Shown: positions 59,814 to 64,000 of the stretch, one piece after another
How the letters are laid out: the number at the start of each line of letters is the position of its first letter
Position numbering within the stretch: position 1 is the stretch's first letter
Source of the DNA: Chitinivibrionales bacterium
Lineage (GTDB): Bacteria; Fibrobacterota; Chitinivibrionia; Chitinivibrionales; WJKA01
DNA: 64,000 bases
Assembly: GCA_038247415.1 (NCBI GenBank)
Contig: JBBRUX010000007.1
Location: 1-64,000, forward strand
Reading direction: 5' to 3'
Translations under genes and position numbers: made by a program
The notes under the pieces: generated by a model
What the model saw: only the letters and a program-made list of their open reading frames with translations
What the model was told of the DNA's origin: nothing
The model's database searches: none

Positions 59814-60662
59814 TTACCAGATTTTCCAGGGTGCTTTTTTATCATTCCACATCGCGTTGAGGGCCATGTAGTCTTTATACGTGTCCATGCAGTGCCAGAA
59901 ACCTTCGTGCTTGAACATTCCCAATTGACTGCTGCGTGCTAATCGCTTGAAAGGCATCTCCTCAAGAACACAATCGTCACCAGTTATTATGTCGAATATA
60001 CCCCGATTGAAAACAAAAAAACCGCCATTGATAAGACCTGACATAACTGGCTTTTCCCGGAATGATGTCACCATATCTTCGGCATCAGCTTCAACGATTC
60101 CAAAGGTTGTTGGAAGATGCACTCCGGTAAGTGTTGCGGTTTTACATTTTTTTTTGTGAAAAGCCAGCAGAGCACTGATATCTACGTCTGAAACGCCATC
60201 ACCATAGGTACAAAAAAAGAGGTCTTCGGTGATATACTTTTCGATTCGTTTTATTCGGCCGCCGGTCATAGTGTTTTCGCCGGTAAGGGCAAAGGTGATT
60301 TCCCATTCATCAACGTCTGCGTCGGTGGCTGGGCTCATTTTATTTAAATCACTTCTTTCTCCGGGACCTTGTGGATTAAGATTTCTGGTAAAAGGAGAGC
60401 TGCTAATTTTCATGGTAAAATCGTGATTGCGTTTGTGGTAATTTGCAAAGTAATCGATGATTGTTTCGCCTTTATAGCCAAGGCACAAAACAAATTTTTT
60501 AATGCCATAGGTCGAATACGTCTTCATGATATGCCAGAGAATTGGCTTACCGCCAACATCGATGAGCGGCTTTGGGAGCGATTCCGAAACCCCCTTTATC
60601 CGTGTTCCCTGTCCGCCGCACAGAATAACTACCTGATACTCGGCCAGATCACTGATAGCCAT
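59814..60662 (-). CDS. rfbF: Glucose-1-phosphate cytidylyltransferase
   Basis: LCGGQGTRI, PKP, ILWHIMK, TMTGGR, TYGDGVSD, INGGFFV, GFWHCMDT, APWKIW. Confidence 0.94.
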   Translation of the reverse strand: MAISDLAEYQVVILCGGQGTRIKGVSESLPKPLIDVGGKPILWHIMKTYSTYGIKKFVLCLGYKGETIIDYFANYHKRNHDFTMKISSSPFTRNLNPQGPGERSDLNKMSPATDADVDEWEITFALTGENTMTGGRIKRIEKYITEDLFFCTYGDGVSDVDISALLAFHKKKCKTATLTGVHLPTTFGIVEADAEDMVTSFREKPVMSGLINGGFFVFNRGIFDIITGDDCVLEEMPFKRLARSSQLGMFKHEGFWHCMDTYKDYMALNAMWNDKKAPWKIW

Positions 60663-60896
60663 AAAACCCTCCTGAAAATTTTAAGTTTCCTGCATGTCTG
60701 TATGGGTGTGTCTCTTGAAATATAGCATTTTTAAAATTAAATGTGAATAGAATTAATTCAATTAATTTTTATTTTTTTTCTTAATTAAGTATTTAGCCTA
60801 TTAAAATCAATAAGTTGCATAATATTAGTGAATAAAATATTTTATAAAATATTTATATGTGTTGAAGTGTTCGTCAGTTTTGTATATTATCATAGT

Positions 60897-61730
60897 ATGA
60901 AACCAGAGCTTTTTACCTATCTCGATTACCGACATTATCTCAAGGACCTTTTTGAAGCGCTGAAAAAAGGAGATGAGGGATTATCGTACCGCATGTTTGC
61001 AAAAATGGCCGGTTCAAGTTCGCCTAATTTTTTACAGCTCATCATCCAGCGCAAACTTAACATTGGGCAATCGCATATCAGAGCTCTTGCTGAATCGATA
61101 GTGCTTTCCAAAAAAGAGGAAGGTTTTTTAGAAACCATTGTTGCCTTTGACCATGCCAAAACGCATGAAGAAAAAAACAAATACTACCGCAGAATGCTTT
61201 TAACGCGTGAATATAGCTCAATAAGGCAATTGCAAAAGGAACAATACTCCTATTTTTCCAAATGGTATCTGCCGGTTATTCGTGAATTGGTTGTTGCATC
61301 GGACTTTACAGGAAATATGACCGCGCTTGGTGATCGTATTGTCCCGCCTGTATCTGCGAGCAAAGTTAAAAAAGGAATTGCACTATTGGAATCGTTGGGA
61401 CTTATACAAAAAGATCCAGACCGCTATATACTATCAAATGCAGTTTTAAGTACGCCTTCCGAGGTTATCTCGCTGGCAGTAACTCACTACCACAAAGACG
61501 TGATTGCGCTTGCGGCAGAGGCAATCGAAAAGTTTCCTGCGCAGGATCGCGACATTCGCGCAGTAACGCTGGGTGTTGATGCCGACGGATTCCTGGAAGT
61601 TAAACAACGCCTCGAAAGGTTTTGGAAGGAGCTTCTAGAATTTGCTGATACGCAGAAAACTCCCACCCGGGTCGTGCAGGTCAACATGCAGCTTTTTCCG
61701 TTGACAAAAGACAAGGAATTTAAAGCATGA
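60897..61730 (+). CDS. TIGR02147 family protein
   Basis: F.YLDYR.YL.D, SYR.FA..AG.SS, Y.YFSKWY..VIREL, QVNMQLFPL; start moved to ATG 60897. Confidence 0.85.
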   Translation: MKPELFTYLDYRHYLKDLFEALKKGDEGLSYRMFAKMAGSSSPNFLQLIIQRKLNIGQSHIRALAESIVLSKKEEGFLETIVAFDHAKTHEEKNKYYRRMLLTREYSSIRQLQKEQYSYFSKWYLPVIRELVVASDFTGNMTALGDRIVPPVSASKVKKGIALLESLGLIQKDPDRYILSNAVLSTPSEVISLAVTHYHKDVIALAAEAIEKFPAQDRDIRAVTLGVDADGFLEVKQRLERFWKELLEFADTQKTPTRVVQVNMQLFPLTKDKEFKA

Positions 61731-62623
61731 TAATCAGAACAAAGAGTACCGTCTTTTGCTGTGCACTGCTTTTGTGTGCATTTCTTAAATGTACCTCAGG
61801 CAGTGGCGACCCGCTTGCAGGTGGTTCGGGTAGTGGAAATCCAGGTGGTGGATACACAACGCTCTCACTTTTCGTAGACACATCCGCCACAGGCAATTTA
61901 CAAAAAACAATTGCGCAAGCACCAGCACAACCCTCAACTGGTGGTCCTCAAACCGGACGTCAGCGCTATTCTGTCCATGATGCATCTGGCATGGTCCTTA
62001 CCATCGACTCTGTTGTCATTATAGCACAGCATGTGTCCTTTGCACTCGATTACTTGTTGTCGTGCGACTCATTGCTGGCAGGTTTTGATACATCGCTTCA
62101 TTGTGGCTATTCTGGCATGAGCATTAAGGGCCCAATACAATTTAATTGCCTCGCGCGTTCATCTGTTCCGGCTCTTGGTTTTGTCAAGCTTCCGATTGCC
62201 AGCTATACAGGCGTTGTATTTCATATTAGCATCGACACGACCCAGCCAGGAATTCAGTCCACGACAAGTGCGGCCGATTCCGCATGGCCAATTTTCGTGC
62301 ATGGTTCATTTACATACCTCGATACACTCAGGTCGTTTTTTGTCCGGTGCTCACTGAATATGGCCATTCCTTTCAGAAGTGCAGATTCTGGGTTTACGGT
62401 CTCACAAGGGGACACCACAGATCTGTCGGTGGTTTTTGACTGTCGCGACTGGTTTGCTGGGATGAATCTGAAAGAGAGTCTTGATAATAGGGATATCTTA
62501 CTTGATAGCCAAGGGAACTTGATTATCGATGATACGCAAGCAACCGGGCCAGGGTCTAATGTGGTGGTGCAAATTAGGAACAATCTCATTGGCTCGGGGA
62601 GGTTGGGTGTTAATCGACGGTAG
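61727..62623 (+). CDS. Hypothetical lipoprotein
   Basis: Hydrophobic signal ending FLKC, LAGGSGSGNP linker; ATGA overlap with the TIGR02147 gene. Confidence 0.65.
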   Translation: MIIRTKSTVFCCALLLCAFLKCTSGSGDPLAGGSGSGNPGGGYTTLSLFVDTSATGNLQKTIAQAPAQPSTGGPQTGRQRYSVHDASGMVLTIDSVVIIAQHVSFALDYLLSCDSLLAGFDTSLHCGYSGMSIKGPIQFNCLARSSVPALGFVKLPIASYTGVVFHISIDTTQPGIQSTTSAADSAWPIFVHGSFTYLDTLRSFFVRCSLNMAIPFRSADSGFTVSQGDTTDLSVVFDCRDWFAGMNLKESLDNRDILLDSQGNLIIDDTQATGPGSNVVVQIRNNLIGSGRLGVNRR

Positions 62624-62646
62624 GAAAAATGAAAATTAATTAATTG

Positions 62647-63483
62647 TCAAGTCGATTGGTTGGATGTTCCGTCGTCCTGTACTCTCATTGTTTGCAAGAG
62701 AAACTTTTTTCTGCCCACAAAAATAAAGGTTAAGAACAACGCAAACAGTCCAATACAGAGTACCTGATTATGACTCAATGGACCAAGTCGCTCGCTGGGC
62801 GGATAAAATCTGGTTAGGTCGATGATAAATCTGAGAACAGCATAGAGCAGCCCGACAAGATAGAACTGAAATCCATGAAACGTTTTTTTACGGCCGGCAA
62901 GCAGCACAATTCCCGCAATGACAAGTCCACCCACAGATTCAAATACCTGGGAAGGCAGTAAACCTGTCGCATGTAAAGAAGCCTGATATGCTCCGGCAGG
63001 GCTATTTACAGGAAAGTTTACCGAACATATATCAGAGGCCGCTCCGTAACAGCATCCATTGAGATAACAACCAATGCGCGTGAAAAATATTCCTATACCA
63101 AGACTTGGAGCAAGAGCATCTGCATACGGCAAAAAAGGAAGTTTTTTAATCTTGAAGAAAAAGATACTCGCGGCAATTGCACCGATAAAACCGCCGTACA
63201 TCACTAACCCACCAAGTCCCACAGCTCCGTCTTGAAATGGATTTATGATATTGAGAAGATTGCCACTAAATTCGCCCGGCTTTAGAAGCACATAGTAAAG
63301 TCGCGCTCCGACAATTGCAGAAATAATCAGCCAGAAAGATACGTCTGAAATAATTTCTGGCTTTAGCCCTGCTCTTTTTGCTCGTACTGTCGCAAGCCAG
63401 ATTCCAACCAGGAAAGACGTTGCAAGCATTGCGCCATATGAATGAATAGGAAAACCGAAAATATGAAATAGAATTGTGTGCAT
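62647..63483 (-). CDS. lgt: Prolipoprotein diacylglyceryl transferase
   Basis: IHSYG, GARLYYV, GLVMYGG, RIGCYLNGCCYG, PSQVFES, RFIID..R. Confidence 0.9.
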   Translation of the reverse strand: MHTILFHIFGFPIHSYGAMLATSFLVGIWLATVRAKRAGLKPEIISDVSFWLIISAIVGARLYYVLLKPGEFSGNLLNIINPFQDGAVGLGGLVMYGGFIGAIAASIFFFKIKKLPFLPYADALAPSLGIGIFFTRIGCYLNGCCYGAASDICSVNFPVNSPAGAYQASLHATGLLPSQVFESVGGLVIAGIVLLAGRKKTFHGFQFYLVGLLYAVLRFIIDLTRFYPPSERLGPLSHNQVLCIGLFALFLTFIFVGRKKFLLQTMRVQDDGTSNQST

Positions 63484-63900
63484 TTGATTCCTTTATAATT
63501 AGTTATCTATATATGACTGCGGACATCCCAATAAACGTATAGTTTTCTTGCATAGAGACGTTAGTGCCGTATCCGATTTTTAAAATCGGTAAAGTGCGTT
63601 GACCTGCATATGAATAATCTGAATTACTCTCTTATTTCGACCCAAAAAAGATGACGCTGTTTGCAGTAACTGTTAATGGTTAATGATAACCGTGATGAAC
63701 TTTTCGTAACTTGAATATACCTCATATCCGCAATGAGATGAAATTATTCCCATTTGCTCTCAAATTAGATATTCCACTTGTCAATAAAATCAATAAAATC
63801 AATGAAAGGGATTGAAATTCGCCTCAATTGAAGCCACTATCTCTAAAAGCCTGCTCTTAAAAGGAGCGATCCAAGGAATAGACCGAGTTAACTAATTCGA

Positions 63901-63916
63901 TGGCACATCAATTGCT
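63901..63916 (+). promoter_or_regulatory. Sigma54 (-24/-12) promoter
   Basis: TGGCAC-ATCAA-TTGCT with the exact GG-N10-GC spacing, about 50 bp upstream of ATG 63968. Confidence 0.7.
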
Positions 63917-63967
63917 ATAATACTAAGCAAGATAAACAAATGGTTCATAAACAAAAGGAGTCGAGCT

Positions 63968-64000
63968 ATGGAACATCTCACTGTAGAGAGCTTTAAGGAA
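63968..64000 (+). CDS. Probable thioredoxin, N-terminus only (cut by the window edge)
   Basis: AAGGAG RBS then MEHLTVESFKE, which resembles thioredoxin N-termini; only 11 codons visible. Confidence 0.45.
   Translation, partial: MEHLTVESFKE

Noticed and set aside
63781..63807. Triple 9-bp repeat as a CRISPR array or VNTR
   Set aside because: Units are too short, have no spacers and no cas genes are present; kept only as a possible activator site

Overview
A gene-dense bacterial window. The host is most likely Fibrobacterota (FCB group), inferred from a TIGR02147-like gene with its adjacent lipoprotein and from a T9SS-type C-terminal tail. All protein calls are motif recognition by eye, not database hits. 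From left to right: (1) a signalling operon with a receiver protein, a PAS kinase whose phospho-His is replaced by Tyr, an HDOD protein and a DUF342/FapA protein, followed by a PilJ/NarX-sensor chemoreceptor fused to hemerythrin; (2) a partial type VI secretion operon tssE-F-G-H running directly into murI; (3) a large outer-membrane protein, an MIO aromatic ammonia-lyase and an LpxL-like acyltransferase; (4) an AAA/DUF4143 ATPase with twin palindromic operators; (5) an 11-kb cluster with a plant-like UDP-apiose/xylose synthase, a polyprenol-phosphate GT2, an AlgI-type MBOAT, two AlgJ/AlgX-type proteins and envelope proteins; (6) a decayed chemoreceptor; (7) a metal region with a ZnuA-like protein, MarR, a czcCBA-like RND pump and mbnP-mbnH; (8) a P-type ATPase pseudogene; (9) a tightly coupled 8-gene operon joining CDP-sugar synthesis (rfbF, rfbG, SDR) to a TPR protein, a cellulose-synthase-like GT2, a GH26, a beta-propeller and a beta-barrel; (10) TIGR02147, a lipoprotein, lgt, and a sigma54 promoter ahead of a truncated thioredoxin. 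The two glycan loci (5 and 9) are the best candidates for undescribed systems. No rRNA, tRNA, CRISPR array or transposase was seen.
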